This document shows, piece by piece, positions 1 to 9,571 of a DNA stretch of 64,000 nucleotides. The stretch covers positions 160,001 through 224,000 of the forward strand of contig CAVVNQ010000002.1 of assembly GCA_963749705.1 (NCBI GenBank), given 5' to 3'. Origin of the DNA: an uncultured Chloroflexia bacterium. Lineage in GTDB: Bacteria > Chloroflexota > Limnocylindria > Limnocylindrales > CSP1-4. A program made the position numbers and the translations under genes. Under the pieces are notes generated by a model. The model was not told the origin of the DNA. It did not search any database and saw nothing but the letters and a program-made list of their open reading frames with translations. Positions within the stretch are counted from its first letter, which is position 1. The number at the start of each line of letters is the position of its first letter.

Positions 1-84
1 CCGGCCTCGATCATGGCCTGGCTCGGGATCGGGTTCATCGCCATCGTCGCCACGCTCGGCCCGCAGTCACAGAAGGTGCCCTGA
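1..84 (+). CDS. 3' end of a membrane protein (partial, runs off the window)
   Basis: Frame 1 reads PASIMAWLGIGFIAIVATLGPQSQKVP-stop, a hydrophobic helix with GC3-rich codons. Confidence 0.5.
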   Translation, partial: PASIMAWLGIGFIAIVATLGPQSQKVP

Positions 85-85
85 C

Positions 86-313
86 ATGACCGATCCGCAG
101 GACGACCGCGGCCCCGAGCCGGCAAACCACGCCGCCGACCGCGTCGCCGGGCCGCGGCCCCTGGGCGCGATCACCGACCTCGCGGATCTCCTGGGCGGCG
201 AGAGCCCGCGCTCGCGCAAGTTCCTGGGTGGCCTGGTGATCGGCGGCCTCGTGGGCGCCGCGATCGCCGGCAGCTCGCTGCTCCGCCGCAACCACGACGG
301 GGATCGCGGCTAG
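86..313 (+). CDS. small hypothetical membrane protein
   Basis: 75 aa, one Gly-rich hydrophobic segment (FLGGLVIGGLVGAAIAG), starts immediately after the upstream stop. Confidence 0.55.
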   Translation: MTDPQDDRGPEPANHAADRVAGPRPLGAITDLADLLGGESPRSRKFLGGLVIGGLVGAAIAGSSLLRRNHDGDRG

Positions 314-408
314 CGCATCGGCATCGTCGGGTGTACGGGCCCGCCACGGACGGCTCGGCCCGCCGGTTGGGGGCAGGCATGACCCCACCGTTCGCTACCA
401 TTGCGGGG

Positions 409-3204
409 ATGGTCACCCCCAGCTCGCCCGACCCGTCGATCCCGTACCTGTCCGGGGCCGAGATCCGGGCGCGGTTCATCGAGTTCTTCGCCGAGCGGGG
501 GCACACGGTGGTGCCCAGCGCCAGCCTCGTGCCCGGTGGCGACCAGACGCTGCTGTTCACCAACTCCGGCATGGTCCAGTTCAAGGACGCGCTGATCGGG
601 GTCGAGCAGCGCGAGTACACCCGGGCCGTCGACTACCAGCGGTGCCTGCGCGTGGCCGGCAAGCACAACGACTTCGAGGAGGTCGGCCGGACGCCGCGCC
701 ATCACACGCTGTTCGAGATGCTCGGCAACTGGAGCTTCGGCGACTACTTCAAGCGCGACGCGATCCACTGGGCGTGGCAGTTCCTGACCCGGGACCTCAA
801 GATCCCCGCCGACCGGCTGGCGGCCACCGTCTACTCGACCGACGATGTCGCCCACGCCGTCTGGAAGGACGAGATCGGGCTGCCGCCCGAGCGACTCGTC
901 CGCTGGGGCGACTTCCCCGCGGGTGACGAGAAGAACTGGTGGCGGATGGCCGACATCGGGCCCAGCGGACCCTGCTCGGAGATCCACTTCGACCGCGGCG
1001 CCCACCTGTCCGAGGGGCCGGAATGCGTGCCCGACCACTCCGAGCACTGCCCGCGCTGGCTCGAGATCTGGAACCTCGTGTTCATGGAGTTCGAGCTCCA
1101 CCCGGACCGGTCGCTCACCCCGCTGCCGGCGCCGGGGGTCGACACCGGGCTTGGGCTGGAGCGCATCGCGAGCGTCGTCCAGGGCGTCAGCAGCAACTAC
1201 GACACGGACCTGTTCGCGCCGATCCACGCCCGGATGCGCGAGCTCATCGGCCATGACCCGGAGGGGTTCGAGCAGGAGCGCTTCAGCTACCAGGTCATCG
1301 CCGACCACGTTCGTGCCGTGACGTTCCTGGTCGCCGACGGGGTGCTGCCGTCGAACGAGGGCCGCGGCTACGTGCTGCGCCGGATCCTGCGCCGCGCGGT
1401 CCGCCACGGCCGCCTGCTGGGCCGCACCGAGCCGTTCCTGGGCGAGGCCGCCAAGGTCGTCATCGACACGATGTCCGAGGCCTACCCGCACCTCGAGGAG
1501 CGCCGGGCCGAGATCCTGGGCGCCATCGAGCGCGAGGAGCGCCAGTTCGGGCGGACCCTCGAGGCCGGCATGGGCCAGCTCGAGGAGGCGCTGATCCCGC
1601 TGACGTCGGCCGAGCGCGTCGTCGGCCAGCTCGCGGAGGCGCTGCCGGCCGATGCCCCGGTGCTCCCGGGCGCGATCGCGTTCCGGCTCCACGACACGTT
1701 CGGGTTCCCGATCGACCTGACCGTCGAGCTGGCGGCGGAGTATGGCGTGCGGACCGACCTGGCCGGGTTCGAGGACGCGCTTGCCGAGCAGCGCGAGCGG
1801 AGCCGCAGCGGGACGAAGGCCGAGCTCGCCCGGACCGCGGAGCTGGGCTCGCGTTACGCGGCGATCCTCGGTCGCACCGGCCCCACCGAGTTCCTGGGCT
1901 ACGAGACGCTGGCCGCGGAGGGCCGCGTGCTCGCCATCCTGCGCGACGCGACCGAGTACGAGACGCTCGAGGCGCGGCCCGAGGTCGAGCTCCGTGCGGG
2001 CGCCTCCGCGCACGCCGAGCTGATCCTGGACCGCACCCCGTTCTACGCGGAGAGCGGCGGCCAGGTTGCGGACATGGGCGTCATCACGGCCGCCGACGGC
2101 AGCGTCCTGTTCACGGTCGAGGACGTCCAGCGGGTGGCGGGCTCGCAGACGGCCGGGCTGACCGTCCATCGCGGGCTGCTCCACGGTTCGGTCAGGGTGG
2201 GCGAGACCGTGCACGCGGAGGTGGACGCGGACCGCCGTGCCGACACGATGCGCAACCACACCGCCACGCACGTCCTCCACCGGGCGCTGCGCAACACGGT
2301 GGGCGAGCAGGCGCGCCAGGCGGGCTCGCTGGTCCACCCCGACTACCTCCGCTTCGACTTCCCGTTCGACCGGGCGTTGACCGATGACGAGCTGCACACG
2401 ATCGAGGGCGAGGTCCGGCGCGTCGTGCGCGACGACCGCCCGGTGTCGATCGAGTGGATGACGATGGCCGAGGCGAATGCCGCGGGCGCCGATGCGTTCT
2501 TCGACGAGAAGTACGGCGAGCGTGTCCGCACGATCCGGGTCGAGGGGTTCAGTCACGAGCTGTGCGGCGGCACGCACTGTCGGGCGAGCGGCCAGATCGG
2601 CAGCTTCGTGATCACCGGCGAGCGGAGCATCGGGTCCGGGATGCGCCGGATCGAGGCCGTCACGGGCATCGCCGCGGACCGCCTGGTGGACGAGCGGCTG
2701 TCCGTCCTCGAGCGCGCGGTGGAGGCAGCCGGCGCCCGCACCCCGGAGGCGCTGACGGAGCGCATCGAGGCGCTCAAGGATGAGCTCCGGGACGCGAAGC
2801 GGCGGCTCAAGGCGGGCGGCGCGGCCGGTGGACCCCCCAAGCCCGCGGAGCTGGTCGCGCGGGCCGAGGAGGTCGCCCCCGGGGTGCGATTCGTCGGCTG
2901 GACGGGCGACCTCGAATCGATCGATGCGCTCAAGGGCTACGCCAGGGACATCCGTGGTGCCTTCCCCAGCGGCGTGATCGCGCTCGGCCTCGACGCCGAC
3001 GAGCCGCAGCTGTTCGTGACCGTGAGCGAGGACCTCGTGACGCGCGGGGTCGCGGCCGGTGCGCTCGTCCAGGCCGCGACGCCCGCGATCGACGGCCGAG
3101 GCGGGGGACGCCCCCAGATGGCACAGGGAAAGGGCACGAGACGCGAGGGCATCGCGGACGCGATCACGGCCGTCCACGACGTCCTGGCGCGCGCGAGCGC
3201 CTAG
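409..3204 (+). CDS. alaS: alanine--tRNA ligase
   Basis: LLFTNSGMVQFK, HHTLFEMLGNWSFGDYFK, NHTATH and ELCGGTH editing motifs, C-terminal GRGGG. ATG 409 chosen because TACCAT lies 7 nt upstream. Confidence 0.97.
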   Translation: MVTPSSPDPSIPYLSGAEIRARFIEFFAERGHTVVPSASLVPGGDQTLLFTNSGMVQFKDALIGVEQREYTRAVDYQRCLRVAGKHNDFEEVGRTPRHHTLFEMLGNWSFGDYFKRDAIHWAWQFLTRDLKIPADRLAATVYSTDDVAHAVWKDEIGLPPERLVRWGDFPAGDEKNWWRMADIGPSGPCSEIHFDRGAHLSEGPECVPDHSEHCPRWLEIWNLVFMEFELHPDRSLTPLPAPGVDTGLGLERIASVVQGVSSNYDTDLFAPIHARMRELIGHDPEGFEQERFSYQVIADHVRAVTFLVADGVLPSNEGRGYVLRRILRRAVRHGRLLGRTEPFLGEAAKVVIDTMSEAYPHLEERRAEILGAIEREERQFGRTLEAGMGQLEEALIPLTSAERVVGQLAEALPADAPVLPGAIAFRLHDTFGFPIDLTVELAAEYGVRTDLAGFEDALAEQRERSRSGTKAELARTAELGSRYAAILGRTGPTEFLGYETLAAEGRVLAILRDATEYETLEARPEVELRAGASAHAELILDRTPFYAESGGQVADMGVITAADGSVLFTVEDVQRVAGSQTAGLTVHRGLLHGSVRVGETVHAEVDADRRADTMRNHTATHVLHRALRNTVGEQARQAGSLVHPDYLRFDFPFDRALTDDELHTIEGEVRRVVRDDRPVSIEWMTMAEANAAGADAFFDEKYGERVRTIRVEGFSHELCGGTHCRASGQIGSFVITGERSIGSGMRRIEAVTGIAADRLVDERLSVLERAVEAAGARTPEALTERIEALKDELRDAKRRLKAGGAAGGPPKPAELVARAEEVAPGVRFVGWTGDLESIDALKGYARDIRGAFPSGVIALGLDADEPQLFVTVSEDLVTRGVAAGALVQAATPAIDGRGGGRPQMAQGKGTRREGIADAITAVHDVLARASA

Positions 3205-4467
3205 ATGGCCTTCCTGCGGCGCTTCTGGAACCGCGACGAGCTGCCGGCGCTCGCCGCGTGCACGGCGCTCGACGTCGGGACCGAGTTTGCCAAGGCGCTC
3301 GTGTTCGAGATCGACGACGCCGGCCACGGCACCGTCCGGGGTGTGGCACGCAAGCGCCAGGGCCTGTCGCACATGCAGTCGGGGACCGTCGCCGACATCG
3401 CGGCCGTCGTCGACAACTGCTCGGTCGCGCTCCAGGAAGCCGAGGAGATGGCGGGCTTCCGGCCCACCCAGGTCGTCATCGGCATCGCGGGCGAGCTGGT
3501 CAAGGGCTTCACCACCACGCTCACCCAGGAGCGGCGCAAGCCCGAGCAGCCGATCTCGGACGGCGAGCTGGTCAAGCTGATCGACAGCGTCCAGCGCCAG
3601 GCGCTCCACGAGGCGGAGCGCTCGATCACCTGGGAGACCGGCCTGCCCCACGTCGATGTTCGCCTCGTCCACAGCGCGATCGTGGGCGCCTCGATCGACG
3701 GGTACGGGCTGACCAACCCGGTCGGGTTCCAGGGCCGTCACGTCAAGATCGGGATCTTCAACGCGTTCGCCCCGCTGGTCCACCTGGGCGCGCTCCAGTC
3801 CGTCGCCAGCCAGCTCGACCTGGAGCTGCTGGAGGTGGTCGCGGAGCCGTACGCCGTGGCCCGGGTGCTTGGCGCGGAGCAGGTCCGGCAGGCGGGTGCG
3901 CTGTTCATCGACGTCGGCGGCGGGACGACCGACGTCGCGCTCGTGCGCCAGGGCGGGATCGAGGGCACGCGGATGTTCGCGCTGGGTGGCCGGGCGTTCA
4001 CCAAGTCGATCGCGGACCGGCTCGACCTCCCGTTCCCGCGCGCCGAGGCGCTCAAGGTGGACTACGCCCGCGGGCTCGACGTGGCGAACCGCGAGGCCGT
4101 GGCCGAGGTCGTGGGCGACGACGTCGCGGTCTGGGCGGCCGGCGTCGAGCTGGTGATGGAGGAGCTCGCGGCGGGCGAGATGCTGCCATCGCGGATCCAC
4201 GTCTGCGGCGGCGGATCGAGGCTGCCGGAGATCCGCGACGCCATCGCCGCGGAGCGGTTCTGGAAACGGCTGCCGTTCGCGCGGCCGCCCGAGGTCTCGA
4301 TCATGTCCCCGGACCAGGTCGAGTCGATCACCGACGCGACGGAGCTGCTCGTCGACCAGCAGGACGTCACCCCGATGGGCCTCGCCTACCAGGCGATCGA
4401 GCTCCACACCTCCGAGGACCCGCTCGATGCCGCGCTGCGGCGCGTGCTCCGGGCGATGAAGGTCTGA
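3205..4467 (+). CDS. FtsA-like actin-fold ATPase (orphan paralogue, no adjacent ftsZ/ftsQ)
   Basis: ALDVGT phosphate-1, VAEPYA, FIDVGGGTTD phosphate-2, LGGRAFT, AEALK, VCGGGSRL adenosine motif. Confidence 0.85.
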   Translation: MAFLRRFWNRDELPALAACTALDVGTEFAKALVFEIDDAGHGTVRGVARKRQGLSHMQSGTVADIAAVVDNCSVALQEAEEMAGFRPTQVVIGIAGELVKGFTTTLTQERRKPEQPISDGELVKLIDSVQRQALHEAERSITWETGLPHVDVRLVHSAIVGASIDGYGLTNPVGFQGRHVKIGIFNAFAPLVHLGALQSVASQLDLELLEVVAEPYAVARVLGAEQVRQAGALFIDVGGGTTDVALVRQGGIEGTRMFALGGRAFTKSIADRLDLPFPRAEALKVDYARGLDVANREAVAEVVGDDVAVWAAGVELVMEELAAGEMLPSRIHVCGGGSRLPEIRDAIAAERFWKRLPFARPPEVSIMSPDQVESITDATELLVDQQDVTPMGLAYQAIELHTSEDPLDAALRRVLRAMKV

Positions 4468-4488
4468 GGGGGGTAGGCTCCGGCTCGC

Positions 4489-6256
4489 ATGGCGACCATC
4501 ATCTACCTCGACGTCGAGGACGAGATCACGTCCGCGGCGACGCGCATCCGGAACGCCCCCGAATCCCGCGTCGGGCTCGTGCTGCCGATGGGATCCCGGC
4601 TGGCCACCTCGAGGATCAACTTCCGGCTGCTCGCCCGGGAGGCGATGGTCAACGGACGGCGCCTCGATCTCATCGCCCCCGACGCGTCGGCTCGAGCCCT
4701 CGCGGCGTCGGCCGGGCTTCCCGTGTTCGCGTCGGTGGCGGAGTACGAGGATGCGCTCGAGGGTCCGACGCCCGACGCGGCGACGACCGCGACCGCGGTT
4801 TCGGCTGCCGGGGCAGTACCCGGAGCCGACACCTGCCGGCAACGCACCCGGGGGGCCGCGGCGCGAACGCCGACACCAAGCCCGTCCCGGTGCCGGTGCC
4901 GCCGCCGGAGGCTCGCGACACGCCGTCCATGCGGGAGGAGCCCGGGAGCGGCCGTCGCGGCGGACCCAGGGTGATCCACGCCCGCCGGTTGCCGCGGATC
5001 CGGCCGGCCGCGCTCGCCGGGTTCGGCGTGCTTGCGGTCGCGCTCCTGGTCGCCGGCGTGGCGGCGTACGTGTTCCTGCCATCGGCCGACATCACGGTGA
5101 CCCCCCGGATCGAGCCCATCGGGCCCATCTCGCTCACGGTTCGCGCCGATCCGTCCGCGACGGACGTGGACGCCGAGAACGGCGTCATCCCGGCCGTCAC
5201 CCTTGACGTGCCGGTCGAGTCGTCGGGCGACTTTCCGGCCACCGGCAAGCGCGTCGAGGAGGCGAAGGCGACCGGCGGGGTTCGCTGGACCAACTGCGAT
5301 CCCATCGGTCATACACGATCCCCAAGGGCACGATCGTGAAGACCGCGATCGGGATCGGCTTCACGACCGACGAGGCGGTGTTCCTGCCCGTCGGCACCAC
5401 TGTCGGGCAAGCCACTCAACCTGACGGTGACACTGCCAGACGAGCGAGGTCGGCGTCACCGCCTCCAAGGCGGGCACCGACGGCAACGTGGCGGCCGGCG
5501 CGATCAAGGTCATGCCGGCGAAGTACAACACGCACCGTGATCAGCGTCACCAACCCCAATGCCACGAGCGGCGGCACGCACCAGGAGTTCCTGCGGGTCT
5601 CGCAGGCGGACGTCGACGCGGCCGTGGAGCAGGTGCGCAAGGACATCGACGCACAGTTCGCGACCGCCCTCGCTGACGGCGCGGGCGCGCCCGAGGGAAC
5701 GACCGTGTTCCCGGACACGGCGACGCTGGGCGATCCCGTCCCGGCGGTCGATCCGGCGACCCTCGTCGGCAAGGAGATCGACTCGTTCACGATCGCGATG
5801 ACCGCCACGGGGCACGTCCTCGCCGTCGATTCGTCGCCGGTCGAGGCGATCGCCGAGGCCAGGCTCGCGTCGTCCATCTCCAGTGGCTACCAGCTCGTCG
5901 ACGGTTCGACCCAGGTCACGGTCGGTGATGGCACCGTGGTCGGTGGGGTCGTGCAGTTCCCGGTGGAGGGCTCCGCGAAGCAGGTCCGGCCCATCGACGC
6001 GGCCGCGCTCAAGCAGCAGGTGCTGGGCCTGGGCAGGGCCGAGGCGATGGACCGGCTGCGGCCGTACGGCGCTGTCGAGATCACGCTCTGGCCCGACTGG
6101 GTGTCCGCGGTGCCGTCGATCGACCAGCGCGTGACGCTGACGGTGGAGACAGCCGTGGACGACACCCCCGCGCCGACGACGTCGCCATCGTCGCCATCGT
6201 CCGCTCCCGAGCCCTCGGACGCGGCGGCATCGGGCGAGCCGGTACCATCCGGGTGA
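4489..6256 (+). CDS. bitopic membrane protein with baseplate J/gp47-like extracellular region; broken by at least 4 frameshifts (sequence errors or pseudogene)
   Basis: Joinable segments: 4489-~4835 (IIYLDVEDEITS...AASAGLPVF); ~4835-5308 (TM LAGFGVLAVALLVAGVAAYVFLPSADITVTP, ATGK...ATGGVRWTN); ~5309 (YTIPKGTIV...FTTDEAV); ~5434-5535 (VGVTASKAGTDGNVAAGAI); 5537-6256 (VTNPNATSGG...LWPDWVSAVP). Confidence 0.7.
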
Positions 6257-6323
6257 TGTTCGCCATCACGCGTGCCGGTCGCCGCGCGCCCGCCGTCCCG
6301 TCCGCCGTCATCGTGCCGGCGCG

Positions 6324-6800
6324 GTGAGCCGGATCCTGGGCGTCGACCTCGGGGAGCGACGAATCGGGCTGGCGATCGCCGACATCGGCATCGACATCGC
6401 CCGCCCCCTCGTCACGGTCAATCGCGCCCGATCGATGGACGGTGACGCGCTCGCCATCGGCTCGGTCTGCCGAGAGCAGGACGTGACCGAGCTGGTGGTG
6501 GGCCTGCCCGTCGAGGTCAGCGGCCTCGAGGGCGCGATGGCCGACGGCGCCCGTGGCTGGGCGGCAGATCTCGGGTCCCGGCTGGGTCTCCCGGTCACGA
6601 TGCGCGACGAGCGGCTGTCGTCGTTCGAGGCCGAGCGACGGCTGGGCCGGATGCCCCGCGGCCGGTCCGGCGGTCCGCCGTCGCGGACCCAGCGCAACGC
6701 GTATCGGGCGCGGATCGATCGCGAGGCTGCGGCCGTCATCCTCCAGGACGAGCTGGACGCACGGCGAACCGCGTCCGCGGCCCGACCGGAGGAACGATGA
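6324..6800 (+). CDS. ruvX: RuvX/YqgF pre-16S rRNA nuclease
   Basis: RILGVDLGERRIGLA, LVVGLP, DERLSS, IDREAAAVILQ. Confidence 0.93.
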   Translation: MSRILGVDLGERRIGLAIADIGIDIARPLVTVNRARSMDGDALAIGSVCREQDVTELVVGLPVEVSGLEGAMADGARGWAADLGSRLGLPVTMRDERLSSFEAERRLGRMPRGRSGGPPSRTQRNAYRARIDREAAAVILQDELDARRTASAARPEER

Positions 6801-8170
6801 CCATCAGGGGCGGCCGGCCACCGCGCGACCCGATGGCAACCCCCGCATCCGAGCGGCGCGCCAACCCGTACGTGCGCACCGGTCGCTACGGACGAGGTCC
6901 GGGCGATCAACGGCGCTACGAGCGGTACGGCGATGACGGAGGTGGCCTGGCCGCGTTCGTGCGGTTCGGGGTGTTCCTGGTCATCCTGGCGGCGCTCGTC
7001 CTGATCACGATGGCCACGGTCGCTCGGCCGCTCGTCCGGGCGCTGGTCGTGCCCTGGGCCGAGGACAACCCCGGCGCGCTCCGGATCGGGTTCGTCTCGG
7101 ACCTGGTGCGCGAGGACATCGGCGCGGCCCTGACGGCGCGGGCCGGCACGGATTCGACCGAGATCGTGTTCAAGGTGGAGCCAGGGGACACGGCGGCAAC
7201 GCTTGCGCCGCGGCTGCTCGATGCGGGGATCATCGCCAGCGAGCGCGCCTTCCTGTTCGAGGCGAGGATGGACGACCTGACGCCGCAGCTGACCACCGGG
7301 AGCTTCGCCCTGGCCGGCAATCTCACGCCCGCCCAGGTGGTCCAGGGCCTGATCCAGAACCGGATCGTGGTCAGGACGCAGAACGTCACGTTCCGCGAAG
7401 GGCTCCGGCTGGAACAGATGACCGCCAAGCTCGAGACGCTCACCGGCACGGCGGTCGATCCCGCGGCGTTCTACGAGCTGGTCAAGAACCCACCCGACGA
7501 GCTGCTCGCGGACTATCCGTGGCTGCTCGACGAGAACGTCCGTCCCAAGGGCGCCTCGCTCGAGGGCTTCCTGTATCCCGCGACCTACACCCTGCGCACC
7601 GACGAGATCGCGCCGACGACCACCGAGGACCTGGTGCGGATGATGCTCGACGCGTTCCACGATCGGGTGGGCGACCTGCTGGACGTCCCCAAAGCGCGCG
7701 GCCTGACCTTCTACCAGGTCCTGGTGCTGGCCTCGATCGTCGAGCGCGAGGCCGTGCTGGACGAGGAGCGGCCGCTGATCGCCGGGGTGTACCAGAACCG
7801 GCTGAGCTCGAAGAGCTGGCCGACGCGCCTGCTCCAGTCGGACCCCACGATCTTCTACATCAACGACACCCTCCAGCTGGACAAGCTCGACCTGACCGCG
7901 TGGAAGGAATACGTGTTCTGGAACACGCTCAAGGAGCAGCTGCCCAAGACCCTGCCCGACGATCTCGCCGGCTACAACACCTACACCAGCAAGGGTCTGC
8001 CGCCCGGACCGCTGTGCTCGCCGGCGATCGCATCGATCACGGCCGCATTGAACCCCAACACGAAGACCGGCTATCTGTTCTTCATCGCCAAGGGTGACGG
8101 CACGGGCTCGAGCGCCTTCGCCAAGACGAAGGCGGAGCACGACGCGAACGTCAAGAAGTACGGCAAGTGA
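6797..8170 (+). CDS. mltG: endolytic transglycosylase MltG
   Basis: Single N-terminal TM, TFREG, LEGFLYPATY, LASIVEREA, YQNRL, LQSDPT, YNTY..GLPPGP. Confidence 0.93.
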   Translation: MTIRGGRPPRDPMATPASERRANPYVRTGRYGRGPGDQRRYERYGDDGGGLAAFVRFGVFLVILAALVLITMATVARPLVRALVVPWAEDNPGALRIGFVSDLVREDIGAALTARAGTDSTEIVFKVEPGDTAATLAPRLLDAGIIASERAFLFEARMDDLTPQLTTGSFALAGNLTPAQVVQGLIQNRIVVRTQNVTFREGLRLEQMTAKLETLTGTAVDPAAFYELVKNPPDELLADYPWLLDENVRPKGASLEGFLYPATYTLRTDEIAPTTTEDLVRMMLDAFHDRVGDLLDVPKARGLTFYQVLVLASIVEREAVLDEERPLIAGVYQNRLSSKSWPTRLLQSDPTIFYINDTLQLDKLDLTAWKEYVFWNTLKEQLPKTLPDDLAGYNTYTSKGLPPGPLCSPAIASITAALNPNTKTGYLFFIAKGDGTGSSAFAKTKAEHDANVKKYGK

Positions 8171-9426
8171 CCGCACGAACCACCGCTGACCCCGGCAGCG
8201 GCGCGATGCCGGTCGCGGCGGACTTTCCCGCCCCGCCCGACGTGCGGACCCGCCGCCGCTGGGCGGATGCGGACCGCGGGCACCGTCCGCACCGGCTGGC
8301 CGAGCTCCGCGCCCGGATGGCCGAGGCCGGCGTCGACGCCTACTTCGGGCTGCGGCCCGAGCACATGCGCTGGCTGACGGGCTTCACCCTGGGCAACGGC
8401 GAGGACAAGGTCGCGGGGCATTCGGGGCAGTTCCTGGTCGGCGGCGACGAGGTCGTCGTGATGACCGACTCGCGGTACACGGTCCAGTGCGGGCGCGAGG
8501 CGCCCGAGAGCACCACCATCGAGATCGGCTATGACCTGCCGGCTGCCTGGCCGGGGCTGCTGGAGCGGATCGGCGCGCGGCGGATCGCGGTGGAGGCGGG
8601 CGCCATCTCGCACGCGTTGTGGGGGCAGCTCGAGGCCGCGGCGCCCGGCGTCGAGCTGGTCCCGGAGCCCGGCTGGGTCGAGGCGATGCGGGCCGTCAAG
8701 ACCCCCGACGAGGTCGAGCGGATCGCCGCCGCGTGCGCGGTCGCCGACCGTGCGCTCGCAACGCTGCTGCCGGAGATCCGCCCGGGCACCACCGAGCAGG
8801 CGCTTGCACTCCGCCTCGAGTGGCTGATCCGCACGGGCGGCGCCGAGGCGCTCGCGTTCGACGTGGCGTGCCTCGCCGGGCCGGAGGCCGCGCTGCCACA
8901 CGGCGCACCCGGCGATCGCCCCGTGCTCGAGAACGCCGTCCTGCTGTTCGACTTCGGGGCGCAGGTGGACGGATACCGGAGCGACATGACGCGAACGCTG
9001 TTCGTCGGCCAGCCGTCGGCCCGGGATCTGGAGCTGTACGACCTCGTGGCGCGCGCCCAGCAGGCGTCGATCGATGCCATCGCGGCGTCCGTCGCCGCCG
9101 CCGTCCGCGACGGCACCCCGGTCATCACCGGTCGCGCGGCCGACGCCGCCGCGCGGACCGTCATCCAGGCGGCCGGCCACGGCGAGCACTTCGGCCACGG
9201 CACCGGGCACGGGATCGGGCTGGCGACCCACGAGGAGCCCGGGCTGCGGGAGAGCGGCGCCGCGGTGCCGCTGCCGAGCCCGACCGTGTTCTCGGTCGAG
9301 CCCGGCGTGTACCTGCCCGGCGAGACCGGGATCCGGATCGAGGACCTCATCCACCTCGACGCCGGGCGGGGCCTGGTGGAGCGGCTGACGGCATTCCCGC
9401 GCGACGTCCTGGTGCTGCCCGCCTGA
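8167..9426 (+). CDS. Xaa-Pro peptidase (M24B, aminopeptidase P family)
   Basis: RAVKTPDEV, LPHG, DFGA..DGYRSDMTRT, HGTGHGIGLATHEEP, SVEPGVY, GIRIED. Confidence 0.92.
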   Translation: MTARTTADPGSGAMPVAADFPAPPDVRTRRRWADADRGHRPHRLAELRARMAEAGVDAYFGLRPEHMRWLTGFTLGNGEDKVAGHSGQFLVGGDEVVVMTDSRYTVQCGREAPESTTIEIGYDLPAAWPGLLERIGARRIAVEAGAISHALWGQLEAAAPGVELVPEPGWVEAMRAVKTPDEVERIAAACAVADRALATLLPEIRPGTTEQALALRLEWLIRTGGAEALAFDVACLAGPEAALPHGAPGDRPVLENAVLLFDFGAQVDGYRSDMTRTLFVGQPSARDLELYDLVARAQQASIDAIAASVAAAVRDGTPVITGRAADAAARTVIQAAGHGEHFGHGTGHGIGLATHEEPGLRESGAAVPLPSPTVFSVEPGVYLPGETGIRIEDLIHLDAGRGLVERLTAFPRDVLVLPA

Positions 9427-9571
9427 GCTCGCCGCGCGGCGCTCGCGCTGGACGGTGGTCCCGGGACGCCGGGGCGGCTCTGGTACGATCGGGAGCACTG
9501 TCACCGCGTCTGAGATCCGGTGTTCGCCTGCCTCGCGGACCCGTGACGCCCATCCGGGAGCACCAGCCCAC

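Noticed and set aside
310-5082. Very long antisense ORFs (e.g. 1590 aa at 310-5082; also 12011-14728, 18571-21711, 40567-43227)
   Set aside because: They mirror well-supported sense genes, are Arg/Gly/Pro-rich with no motifs, and are expected shadow ORFs in high-GC DNA
4489-6256. Prophage or contractile injection system suggested by the baseplate-J-like gene
   Set aside because: No sheath, tube, spike, terminase or capsid genes; the protein has a TM and sits among housekeeping genes
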